Below, one piece after another: positions 46,369-55,313 of a DNA stretch of 55,313 nt. Source of the DNA: a virus (taxonomy: Duplodnaviria > Caudoviricetes); IMG/VR virus record IMGVR_UViG_3300047564_001761, positions 1-55,313 of that record; one strand, written 5' to 3'. A model generated the notes under the pieces. That model was given only the letters and a program-made list of their open reading frames with translations, was not told the DNA's origin and made no database searches. The stretch's first letter is position 1; every line of letters starts with the position of its first letter. Made by a program: the position numbers and the translations under genes.

Positions 46369-47315
46369 TATTAGGTGCAGGCGGTTTTATAGGAAGCCAT
46401 CTAGTAAAAAGACTCAAGGAAGATGGCTTTTGGGTCAGAGGCGTAGATTTAAAGCTTCCAGAATACTGGGACACATACGCAGATGATTTTGTAATAGGTG
46501 ATCTAAGAAACCCTATTGTTGTAAATAAAGTTATAGACATACGTTTTGATGAAGTCTACCAGCTTGCCGCAGATATGGGTGGCGCTGGATATATAAATAC
46601 TGGAGATAATGATGCAGAAGTAATGGGAAACTCAATTCTTATTAATGTTAATGTGTTAAAAAGATCTCATGACATAGGGATAAAAAGTGTTTTTTATTCT
46701 TCTACTGCATGTGTTTATCCAGAATATAATCAGATGGATCCAGATTCAATAAATTGCCGTGAAGATTCTGTTTATCCAGCTGCACCAGATACAGAGTATG
46801 GATGGGAAAAGCTTTTTAGCGAAAGGCTATATCTAGCATACAACAAAAACTATGGTATGAAAAACAAAATTGCAAGATACCACAACGTCTTTGGTCCGTA
46901 CGGAACATATGATGGTGGAAAAGAAAAAGCTCCAGCTGCTATATGCAGAAAAGTAGCAAAAGCTGATTCTAATATTGAAATATGGGGAAGCGGAAAGCAA
47001 CATAGGTCATTTTTATTTATCGATGAATGTATTAAGGCAACAGTTGACTTCTATAGGCAGGAAGGCTTTAATGAGCCTATAAACATAGGTTCTGAAAGAT
47101 CAGTATCTATAGATGAGCTTGTAGATATAGTTTCTTCTATAGCAGGAAAAAATTTAGTTAAAAAGTATATTGACGGTCCAATTGGAGTTCATGCAAGAAA
47201 GTCAGAGAATTCCCTAATCAGAAAAGTTTTAGGTTACGCACCAAAAGAAAATTTAGAGCATGGGTTGTCGGTTACCTATGCTTGGATATCAGAAAGGATC
47301 AGCAATGAAAAATAA
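46347..47315 (+). CDS. NAD-dependent epimerase/dehydratase, GDP-mannose 3,5-epimerase-like
   Basis: GAGGFIG, QLAADMGGAGYI, SSTACVYP, YGWEK, GGKEKAPAAICRK. Confidence 0.9.
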   Translation: MEQRTALVLGAGGFIGSHLVKRLKEDGFWVRGVDLKLPEYWDTYADDFVIGDLRNPIVVNKVIDIRFDEVYQLAADMGGAGYINTGDNDAEVMGNSILINVNVLKRSHDIGIKSVFYSSTACVYPEYNQMDPDSINCREDSVYPAAPDTEYGWEKLFSERLYLAYNKNYGMKNKIARYHNVFGPYGTYDGGKEKAPAAICRKVAKADSNIEIWGSGKQHRSFLFIDECIKATVDFYRQEGFNEPINIGSERSVSIDELVDIVSSIAGKNLVKKYIDGPIGVHARKSENSLIRKVLGYAPKENLEHGLSVTYAWISERISNEK

Positions 47316-48339
47316 AATATTTTTTCAAATGTGGAATCCAACTGGAATGATTAACCAAGTAATGAGCCTGGAGATAGCCGCAGGAATCTCTCATGAAACA
47401 AAGAGTAATGTTATAGTTCATTATGTTTCTACAGAGGGAGAACACTTTAAAAAAGTTCCGATATATACGCCAAGCATATACCATAATCAAAATAGAATAA
47501 ACTTTACTGACAAAACAAGGTTCCCACACTTAAAAGATATATTAGAGTGGGATGCAGATCTAACTCTAATAGATGAGTTAATATCTTCTTTTCCTCAGCA
47601 AGACGTAGAAATTACTGGAACATGTAATGACTACTACTATGCTAATCCAAATAATTCAATAACAGAGGACGAGCTCATGTTTGCTGAAGGAAGACAAAGA
47701 TTAGTTATAGATAGAAACGTGCATCTTAAACAAACCCTAGGCTGGTACTCAAGATTTTTCTATAAAAGAAGCAGCGACCTAGACAGATCCCTTGCGTCGG
47801 TAAAATTTAAAGACCAGTACGTACAATTTGCAAATATGGTTTCAAAATCTCTAGGAGATTTTCAAGGAGCTCACATTAGGCTTTCAGATCATGCAACCAG
47901 AATGTTTAGTACATCTCAAGAGATGTTTGAGGCTGGACTTGAAAAGATGGAAAGAAATAATCTTCCTATAGTTATATCTACCTGTGAACCAATGAATAAG
48001 ATGATTATAGACAATAAGCATAGGTTTATTCTTTTAGACGATTACATAGTTCAAAATTTTGAAAAAGAGTTTAAACAACTAGACTTCCAAGACGAGGTTG
48101 TATTTGGCCTTATATGTAATCTAGTTATGCATGATGCAAAATATTTTATAGGAACTTCTGGAAGCACATATACTGCGTATATTCATAGAAAAAGAAATCA
48201 ATCTGGAATAGAAACATGGGATCTTTTTGATAATCCAGACCATTCTAGTGCTGGACCATACAGCTTTAATACGCCAAAGCTTGAAGGATATCAAAAGAAT
48301 TTTTGGAGAGAGTGGGAGGAGTCAAAATTAGTTTTTTAA
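47305..48339 (+). CDS. O-fucosyltransferase-like glycosyltransferase
   Basis: G..NQ, HIRLSD, FIGTSGSTYT; AAGGA before ATG 47305. Confidence 0.75.
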   Translation: MKNKIFFQMWNPTGMINQVMSLEIAAGISHETKSNVIVHYVSTEGEHFKKVPIYTPSIYHNQNRINFTDKTRFPHLKDILEWDADLTLIDELISSFPQQDVEITGTCNDYYYANPNNSITEDELMFAEGRQRLVIDRNVHLKQTLGWYSRFFYKRSSDLDRSLASVKFKDQYVQFANMVSKSLGDFQGAHIRLSDHATRMFSTSQEMFEAGLEKMERNNLPIVISTCEPMNKMIIDNKHRFILLDDYIVQNFEKEFKQLDFQDEVVFGLICNLVMHDAKYFIGTSGSTYTAYIHRKRNQSGIETWDLFDNPDHSSAGPYSFNTPKLEGYQKNFWREWEESKLVF

Positions 48340-48409
48340 GAAGATTCCTGTATAAATATAAAATGTGGAAAAAATATAGGAAGATTAAAAAAAGTAATTT
48401 AACCTACTG

Positions 48410-49357
48410 ATGTTATTTGATACTTATTACAGCAAAGTAATTCCAAATTTTAATAGGGAACTAGAAAACCCAAATAAGAATTACTCAGAGGTCTTAGACA
48501 TTATAGCTCCACACTCTGAGGTGCCACGCTCAGAGTACAACTATGTTATGAATTCAGATGGTCTAAGGTCTATAAAGTTTGATCCTATGCCAGAGGTGAT
48601 AGCGCTTGGATGCTCAATAACTTTAGGTCAGGGCCTTCCTGTAGACTTAAGGTGGTCAGACTTGCTATCAAAAAGAATAGATAAGCCAATAGGTAATATA
48701 TCTTATAGCGGAGCAGCAATAAACAAAGACATTTCTAGCTTTTTTGGTTTAGTAAATCAATATGGCAAATACCCAAAGATACTGCTCTGCAACTTTGCAA
48801 ATTTTGAGCGTTTCTATTTTATTGATGAGGGAGGTCAATATTTAAGAGATTGGTATATAAACTATAGTCCAAAAGTTACAAAAGCAAAAGTTCCATGGAA
48901 CTATCAAGAAATACTTCCATATGAATGGGTATACTATCAAAATCTAGATCACATAAAAATGCTAGAAGTATTTTGCGATTCAGTAGGAATAAAGCTATTG
49001 TGGACTTGTTGGTCAAACGCCCTGACAGTAGAAATGGAAAGTTTTTTAACTTGTAACTTTAAACACTATGTTCCAAATATGGTTAGAAAAGTTTTCCCAG
49101 AAAACTTTGAGTTCAACGTTGTGGCCAATACCGTAGATGACTTAGAGAAAAGCTACAAGATGAAAAATTGGGATATTGTTAGATGTCACAAAGAATATAA
49201 AGATATGTACCCAGAAATATTTGAATATGCATATGACAAGAATAAGATAGCGGGACCATGGGGAAGTGGATCCCATTGGCCACACCCAGGCCTACACAAG
49301 CAGTTACACTTTGCAGACTTTTTTTATGAAGAGCTAAAAGACAGAAGTTGGATATAA
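48410..49357 (+). CDS. SGNH-like hydrolase/acyltransferase
   Basis: NSDGLRS...LGCSITLG...HPG..H. Confidence 0.6.
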   Translation: MLFDTYYSKVIPNFNRELENPNKNYSEVLDIIAPHSEVPRSEYNYVMNSDGLRSIKFDPMPEVIALGCSITLGQGLPVDLRWSDLLSKRIDKPIGNISYSGAAINKDISSFFGLVNQYGKYPKILLCNFANFERFYFIDEGGQYLRDWYINYSPKVTKAKVPWNYQEILPYEWVYYQNLDHIKMLEVFCDSVGIKLLWTCWSNALTVEMESFLTCNFKHYVPNMVRKVFPENFEFNVVANTVDDLEKSYKMKNWDIVRCHKEYKDMYPEIFEYAYDKNKIAGPWGSGSHWPHPGLHKQLHFADFFYEELKDRSWI

Positions 49358-49364
49358 TATTGGT

Positions 49365-50294
49365 ATGAAGTTTTTATATAGTTACGAGACCTGGGGTAAG
49401 ATACTAAGATATGTTGATCCTAACAGACTAGATAACTTTACTTTCGATTATGAGTCTTACCATTTTTATTCAGACGGCAGGCTTAAGAAAACTGAAGATG
49501 GCTACCACATTGGTCCAAATGGATATTATGACCCCTCAATAAAAAAAGAGGATAGGGTAAGCTATAGATTTAACAATTTATTTTTTAGATCTAGGCACTT
49601 TGAAAAACTAAACGAAAAAGAAGTAAATATACTATACTCTGGTTGCTCATGGACATATGGAAGCGGCATGTATGAAGACTTTATGTGGACAAAGTTTTTG
49701 ACAGAGAAGATAAAGGGTAATGGAAAAGTGGTAAAAGATTTCAACGTTGCACTTCCTGGAAGCTCAGTTTTTTTAGCTATAAAAAATGTAATGTCGTTTA
49801 TTAGACAGTATGGAAAACCTACCTATATTTTTATTAATATGCCACCAATAGCTAGAGACATGAAGTATGATAAGAAAAACAATTTCTTCTATTCGGTAGT
49901 TATGGGTAGCGGGTACTTTGAGAGCAATCATCCAAAAATATACCTAGAGTATATAAAGTCACATAATCATGAAGATAGTATATTAAAAGCAGTAGACCAA
50001 ATAAAGATGCTAGAAGATTACTGTAGTGAAGCTGGGATTAAATTAATATGGACATTCTGGCATCAACATGACTCTGGGGTTTATGAAAGCATAAAGTTTG
50101 ATAATATTTTTTTACCAGACTTCAATTTTAGACCCTACGTTTTAGATGAGGATAATAATAAAGAATACTATGATAATTCAAATGGACTACCGCTTTGGGA
50201 GTTAGCGCAGGATAGATGTCACCCAGGCTCAGCATGGAATATAAAGTGTGCAGATGATTTTTATAGCGAGATCGTTAGGAGAGGTTATGAATAA
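49365..50294 (+). CDS. SGNH-like protein, paralog of 48410; leaderless
   Basis: N..FFRS...GCSWTYG...D.CHPG; TATAAT-N6-ATG. Confidence 0.6.
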   Translation: MKFLYSYETWGKILRYVDPNRLDNFTFDYESYHFYSDGRLKKTEDGYHIGPNGYYDPSIKKEDRVSYRFNNLFFRSRHFEKLNEKEVNILYSGCSWTYGSGMYEDFMWTKFLTEKIKGNGKVVKDFNVALPGSSVFLAIKNVMSFIRQYGKPTYIFINMPPIARDMKYDKKNNFFYSVVMGSGYFESNHPKIYLEYIKSHNHEDSILKAVDQIKMLEDYCSEAGIKLIWTFWHQHDSGVYESIKFDNIFLPDFNFRPYVLDEDNNKEYYDNSNGLPLWELAQDRCHPGSAWNIKCADDFYSEIVRRGYE

Positions 50295-50372
50295 GATAAA
50301 GTCTATTTTTTATAAAATAAGATATTATAAAATATACAGAGAATTAAAAAAGAAGAGCGATTACACATACTG

Positions 50373-51800
50373 ATGATAGTACTTGGTATAAATGAAACAT
50401 CTCATGATGCAGCAGCATGTCTTATAAAAGATGGAGACATACTTTTTGCTGGCCATGCAGAAAGGTACAGCAAGGTAAAGAATGACTGGTATGTAAATGA
50501 TGATCTTATAAATGACTTAATGTCGTATGGAAAACCAGACGCTATTGCATATTATGAAAAACCATTTTTTAAAAAGTTAAGGCTTAGTCTAAGAGGCGGA
50601 CTTGGAGACTGGAAGCCAAAGTTTGATATATCAGATATTCCAAGACGTAACTTTAATCATCATTACTCTCACGCATGTGCTGGATACTTTACAAGCAAAT
50701 TTAATGATGCCGTAATAGTTGTTTTAGATGCTATAGGAGAATGGAATACTTCAACTATATGGGTAGGCAAAGGTACAGAGATTACTCAGAAGTATAAGAA
50801 AAACTACCCAGTCAGCTTTGGCCTGTTTTACTCAGCTTTCACAAAGTTAATAGGTCTTATGCCAAACCAAGAAGAATACATAATGATGGGCATGGCTGGT
50901 TATGGTGACCCAAATAAATATCTATATAAAGTTTCTCAATACTTTCCAGATATAAACACTCAAAAATATAATTTTCATAAAGGTATATTTGATTGGGATG
51001 AACCAATTACTGAGAAAAATAAATTTGATATTGCAGCATCAGTTCAAAAAGTTTATGAATTAAGACTTAACGAATTTATGCACTTTGCCTATAAAATTAC
51101 TGGTAAAGAAAATCTAGTATTTATGGGTGGGTGTGCTCTTAATTCTTCTGCCAACACGATGTTATGGAACATATTTAAAAACGTATGGATAATGCCGAAC
51201 CCAGGAGATGCTGGTAGCTCTTTGGGAGCAGCAGCAGCTTTTTATGGCAAGCATTTAAATTGGAATGGTCCATATTTAGGACACGATTTAGGCGGAGAGT
51301 ATCCAGTAGAAAAGATTGTAGAAAAAATATTAAATGACAAAATAGCTGCAGTCGCAACTGGTAAGGCGGAGTTTGGCCCAAGAGCGCTAGGAAACAGAAG
51401 CATACTCGCTGACCCAAGAGATCCAGATATAAAAGATAAGGTTAATCTTATAAAGCAGAGAGAGTTGTTCAGACCATTTGCTCCAGTAGTTTTAGAAGAA
51501 CATGCCTCATCATGGTTTGATATGGACTTTAAATCTCCATACATGCAATATACCGTCAAATGCTTAAGGCCAGATATTATCCCATCAGTAGTTCATGTGG
51601 ACGGAACTTCTAGGGTACAAACAGTCAGTAAGTCTGAAAATCCAGGACTATGGGAAGTGGTGAATAAATTTTATGAAAAGACTGGAGTTCCAGTGCTCTT
51701 AAATACTAGCCTTAATATAAAGGGACAGCCGTTGCTTAATGACCTCAATGATGCTCAAGAATGGTCAAATCTTTATGGTACTGGTATAATTGGTGTATGA
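50373..51800 (+). CDS. carbamoyltransferase (NodU/CmcH/TobZ family)
   Basis: HDAAA, ERY..K, HHYSHA, GGCALN, EFGPRALGNRSIL, FRPFAP, HVDGTSRVQ, LLNTSLN. Confidence 0.93.
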   Translation: MIVLGINETSHDAAACLIKDGDILFAGHAERYSKVKNDWYVNDDLINDLMSYGKPDAIAYYEKPFFKKLRLSLRGGLGDWKPKFDISDIPRRNFNHHYSHACAGYFTSKFNDAVIVVLDAIGEWNTSTIWVGKGTEITQKYKKNYPVSFGLFYSAFTKLIGLMPNQEEYIMMGMAGYGDPNKYLYKVSQYFPDINTQKYNFHKGIFDWDEPITEKNKFDIAASVQKVYELRLNEFMHFAYKITGKENLVFMGGCALNSSANTMLWNIFKNVWIMPNPGDAGSSLGAAAAFYGKHLNWNGPYLGHDLGGEYPVEKIVEKILNDKIAAVATGKAEFGPRALGNRSILADPRDPDIKDKVNLIKQRELFRPFAPVVLEEHASSWFDMDFKSPYMQYTVKCLRPDIIPSVVHVDGTSRVQTVSKSENPGLWEVVNKFYEKTGVPVLLNTSLNIKGQPLLNDLNDAQEWSNLYGTGIIGV

Positions 51801-53449
51801 AGATATTAGATGCTGTTTTTAATCAGCAAGACCAGTCATTCTCAAATCCATGCGGATTCGCTGCACGAGCTATGAAGGAAGGTCTTGGAACCTTAAAGTA
51901 CACAACCCCACTATCATCTACCTCATATAGCTCTATAAGGGTTACCCCGCAGGCATCAGTGTCACTACATGATTTAAATATAGGTAAATATAGCTATGAA
52001 AAAGAAGACTTTTTCTTTTCTTTCCAGGCCTATTTTGGAAACACTTTTTCTACCCAACAAAATTTTCTTTATGACGTAAGTCAAAATATAGGTTTTTCTG
52101 TAAAAGACGGAAATGTAATTTTTACTATTACAGATAGTCTAGATGTTTCGCACAAGATATATTACAAGCTTCCTTCTATATCTGAGTCTTATTCGATAAT
52201 AGGAGCCTACTCAAACAATCAATCCTCTTTATATATAAATGGTGAGTTAAAGGCTTCAAAATATCTAGGAGATTTGTTTAAGTTTAAGTCTCAGATTGAT
52301 CTTCAGCTAGACTCAGAAGTAAGCTCAGATTTTATAATATTGGACAAAATAGAGGTTTATAAATCAAAGGTTAATTCTGTATATCTAAGAGATATAGCAG
52401 AGTACAAGGTTTTGGCTAATAATATAAATAGAAACATTGTCATGGATAACCCAGTTTATTTTGAGGCGGCTAGAGACTCAAAGCCAATATCTCATGCCAT
52501 GATCTATGGAGTAAATAAAGATGTTTCCACAGCAGAGCTATCTAATGTTTATATAACAGACTCTAGAGAAGTAAAGTTGATTGAAGGTCAGGCTTCTGGG
52601 TATTTAAAAGATTACTACTTCTTCCCTCCAGTTGCTGACTCAGACCATAATCAAATTGAGTGGTTATTTAACAACTCTGGCATAGCCTTTGAGTACAGCT
52701 TTGACGATATTACATATTATCCAGCAACAAATAATTCTAATATACCTGGATTTTCGGGTGGCTATTTTTATTATAAGGTCACGCTAACATCTTCAGATAC
52801 ATCAATTAATGATCCAGTATTTTCTGGGATATCTTTTATTTGCTATGAATCTAAAACAATAGGCTCAGATAATTCAATAGGACAAATAACAACAGACTAT
52901 AATTTTTTGGTTGGGAAAAGAAACTCATCCGTACTCTACTATGCCTCTAATAAAGGCATAGTGCCGCTTTCTGGAGGCTTTAGATATAACTCTGGAGATG
53001 TAAGGTCAGTAGAGTTTATGTACCGTCCTACGGGCCTAGGACAGACTTCTTTGGTTGACTGCGGAGATTCTAGAGTTTCTTGGAGTGCGGCTGGAAATGT
53101 AACAAAAAGTAATATTTCCTCATTCTACGTAAATGGTACAAATCAGACATCTACTTCTATATCAGACATATTCGACATAGGTATCTGGTATCACGTACTA
53201 ATAACATTTTCTTCAAACAAGCAAGCAGATCTATTCTTTAATCAGACACAGACTGGGACCATGCTTGGAAGCAACAGTAACTATTCTAATATTGCTATTT
53301 ATGACTATGATGCTTCAGGATTAGCATCTAAGCATTTTAATAACATAATTAATAACACATATATTGCATCTTCTTCAGATTCCATAACCATAGGTTCAGA
53401 TTCCTATAACGGCTTTAATGTTGACGTATTAGTGCACTCAACACAATAA
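51797..53449 (+). CDS. LamG-domain-containing minor structural protein
   Basis: leaderless TATAAT-N6-ATG at 51797; LYING, WYHV, IAIYD motifs; upstream of portal. Confidence 0.65.
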   Translation: MKILDAVFNQQDQSFSNPCGFAARAMKEGLGTLKYTTPLSSTSYSSIRVTPQASVSLHDLNIGKYSYEKEDFFFSFQAYFGNTFSTQQNFLYDVSQNIGFSVKDGNVIFTITDSLDVSHKIYYKLPSISESYSIIGAYSNNQSSLYINGELKASKYLGDLFKFKSQIDLQLDSEVSSDFIILDKIEVYKSKVNSVYLRDIAEYKVLANNINRNIVMDNPVYFEAARDSKPISHAMIYGVNKDVSTAELSNVYITDSREVKLIEGQASGYLKDYYFFPPVADSDHNQIEWLFNNSGIAFEYSFDDITYYPATNNSNIPGFSGGYFYYKVTLTSSDTSINDPVFSGISFICYESKTIGSDNSIGQITTDYNFLVGKRNSSVLYYASNKGIVPLSGGFRYNSGDVRSVEFMYRPTGLGQTSLVDCGDSRVSWSAAGNVTKSNISSFYVNGTNQTSTSISDIFDIGIWYHVLITFSSNKQADLFFNQTQTGTMLGSNSNYSNIAIYDYDASGLASKHFNNIINNTYIASSSDSITIGSDSYNGFNVDVLVHSTQ

Positions 53450-53508
53450 TTTGTCCACGCTGGCGGACAAATTCCGCCTGATACTACAGAAAATGGTAAA
53501 ATGTAACT

Positions 53509-53841
53509 ATGAACAATAAAAGAGTTAAAGAAGTCCAAGAGACTAAATACGGCGTCTATGTCTGGGAAATGCCAGATGGCAAGTGGGTTGGAGATGACGA
53601 AGGTCACTACATGCTTGTGCCAGCAACTCAGGGTGATAAGGACAGCATAAAGGCTATAACCGATGCTGCTAAGTCATATGGGATAGAGGAAGGCGGACCA
53701 GTATTTTTAGCTGGAAGAAGAAAGGTTACTGATGAGGAGTATTCTCTTCAGGAAACAAGATTAAAGTTAGGACTTACACCAGACCCATATGATATTGGAG
53801 AAGGTTTAGATTTGCAAAGGAAGTTAATCCATGGCCGCTGA
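53509..53841 (+). CDS. hypothetical protein upstream of portal, leaderless
   Basis: TAAAAT-N6-ATG. Confidence 0.75.
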   Translation: MNNKRVKEVQETKYGVYVWEMPDGKWVGDDEGHYMLVPATQGDKDSIKAITDAAKSYGIEEGGPVFLAGRRKVTDEEYSLQETRLKLGLTPDPYDIGEGLDLQRKLIHGR

Positions 53842-55313
53842 GTTTGTAGAAGATAACGATATCCAAGAAATCGATATCAAGCTAGGTACTGATTTTTCAG
53901 AGAGTAAAGAGTCATACTCTGACCCTTTCATGAGACCTCTAGAGAAAACAAAAAAGCTAGATGGGTTAAGTACAGCATTCAAGAAAAGAATTGCAAGAAC
54001 AGACTTCTCAAAGTTTTTGCGTGGTGATGGAGTAGCATCAACAGCAATTGTTGAACCATTCATGATCACAGGATACAGCATCCTTGATGTAGTTCAGCCA
54101 CCATACAACATAGACTACCTTGCAAAGATTTATGAAATTTCTGCACCACACTACGCTGCTGTAAATGCAAAGGTTGCAAACATTGTTGGCCTAGGCTACG
54201 ACTTTGTTGAGAGCGAAGCAACAAAAGAAAGACTTGCTGATATTGATGACGAAAAGAAATTAGAGTTTGCAAGACGCAAGCTTGAAAGAATGAAGATTGC
54301 AATAAACGAATGGATCGAGTCTACAAACGAAGAGGAGACATTTGTTGAAACTCTTTCTCGTGTATGGAAAGACTATGAAACAACTGGTAACGGATATCTA
54401 GAAATTGGTAGAAAGAATACTGGAGAGATTGGCTATATTGGTCATGTTCCAGCGGCATCAATGCGTGTTCGCAGATTAAGAGATGGCTTCGTACAAATAA
54501 TTGGAAATCAATCTGTCTACTTTAGAAATTATGGAGATACAACATCTCCAAATCCAGTAACAGCAGATGCTCGTCCAAATGAGATTATTCACTTCAAGAA
54601 CTATACACCAACAAATGGATACTATGGTGTTCCAGATATCATAGCTTCTAAGAGCGCTATGACTGGAAACGAGTTTGCAGCCAGATATAACCTGGACTAC
54701 TTTGAAAATAAGGCGGTACCAAGATATATTATTACCGTAAAGGGTGCAAAGCTTTCTAACGATGCAGAAAGAAAGTTGCTTGAGTTCTTCCAGACTGGTC
54801 TAAAGGGAAAGAATCATAGATCACTCTATATTCCACTTCCAGCAGACAATCCAGACTCAAAGGTAGAGTTTAAGATGGATGCGGTTGAGAACGGAATTCA
54901 GGACTCATCTTTTAACACCTATAGAAATGCCAACAGAGATGAAATATTGATCTCTCACAGAGTTCCAATTAACAAGGTTGGAACGCCACAGGGCGTCTCT
55001 TTGGCCAATGCTCGTGATGCAGATAAGACATTTAAAGAGCAGGTATGTCGTCCAGCTCAAAGAAATATTGAGAAGAGACTAAGCAAGATAATTTCAGAAA
55101 AAACAGACATTTTTATTCTTAAGTTTAACGAGCTTACCCTTACAGACGAAGACACCCAGTCTAAGATTGATGAGCGCTACTTGCGTATGAAAGTCGTGGT
55201 TCCTAATGAAATTCGTGCTAGAATGGGACTACAAGGAATACCTGGTGGAGACCAGCCAGTTGAACTTAACGCTAAGGCGGCTGCAGAGCAAACAACTCAA
55301 GCAACTGGCAATA
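53831..55313 (+). CDS. portal protein (3' truncated by window edge)
   Basis: manual reading of open frame from ATG 53831: PPYN..YL, DYETTGNGYLE, EIIHFK, YYGVPD, YFEN.AVP, HRVP, PNEIRA. Confidence 0.9.
   Translation, partial: MAAEFVEDNDIQEIDIKLGTDFSESKESYSDPFMRPLEKTKKLDGLSTAFKKRIARTDFSKFLRGDGVASTAIVEPFMITGYSILDVVQPPYNIDYLAKIYEISAPHYAAVNAKVANIVGLGYDFVESEATKERLADIDDEKKLEFARRKLERMKIAINEWIESTNEEETFVETLSRVWKDYETTGNGYLEIGRKNTGEIGYIGHVPAASMRVRRLRDGFVQIIGNQSVYFRNYGDTTSPNPVTADARPNEIIHFKNYTPTNGYYGVPDIIASKSAMTGNEFAARYNLDYFENKAVPRYIITVKGAKLSNDAERKLLEFFQTGLKGKNHRSLYIPLPADNPDSKVEFKMDAVENGIQDSSFNTYRNANRDEILISHRVPINKVGTPQGVSLANARDADKTFKEQVCRPAQRNIEKRLSKIISEKTDIFILKFNELTLTDEDTQSKIDERYLRMKVVVPNEIRARMGLQGIPGGDQPVELNAKAAAEQTTQATGN

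Noticed and set aside
1-55313. Stop-codon reassignment or suppressor tRNA
   Set aside because: Long genes are intact in the standard code, TAA/TAG/TGA all end genes, and the TAG anticodon reads CUA (Leu), not amber

Overview
This window is a fragment of a large, AT-rich lytic dsDNA tailed phage using the standard genetic code. The host is most likely an actinobacterium: there is a perfect TCGAAC-N4-GTTCGA SOS box, many leaderless promoters, and Lsr2-like and gp88-like genes. The layout recalls Streptomyces cluster BE-type and freshwater actinophages (inference). 1-4350 holds small rightward genes, three tRNA/tRNA-like genes, GroES and a PnuC-like gene. 4380-5110 is a non-coding island with six DnaA boxes and iteron-like repeats. 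5120-18300 is an array of short leftward genes in promoter cassettes, probably an early region or collapsed terminal repeat. 18400-24560 holds tRNA-Ile(UAU), a JmjC/cupin gene, ThyX, a lytic transglycosylase, a glycosyltransferase and class II RNR. 24600-44350 encodes fibre/collagen/Gly-rich/PASTA virion-type proteins. 44400-51800 is a 2OG-oxygenase, epimerase, fucosyltransferase-like, SGNH-like and carbamoyltransferase block. A portal gene runs off the right edge. The most striking unexplained structure is the regulatory grammar of the leftward region: 13 CRP-type boxes, 12 in helical phase with their -10 elements, plus DnaA and LexA boxes, a TTGACW-N15/16-GCGGC element, other repeated motifs and a repeated small RNA pseudoknot. 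All calls were made by eye, without database searches.
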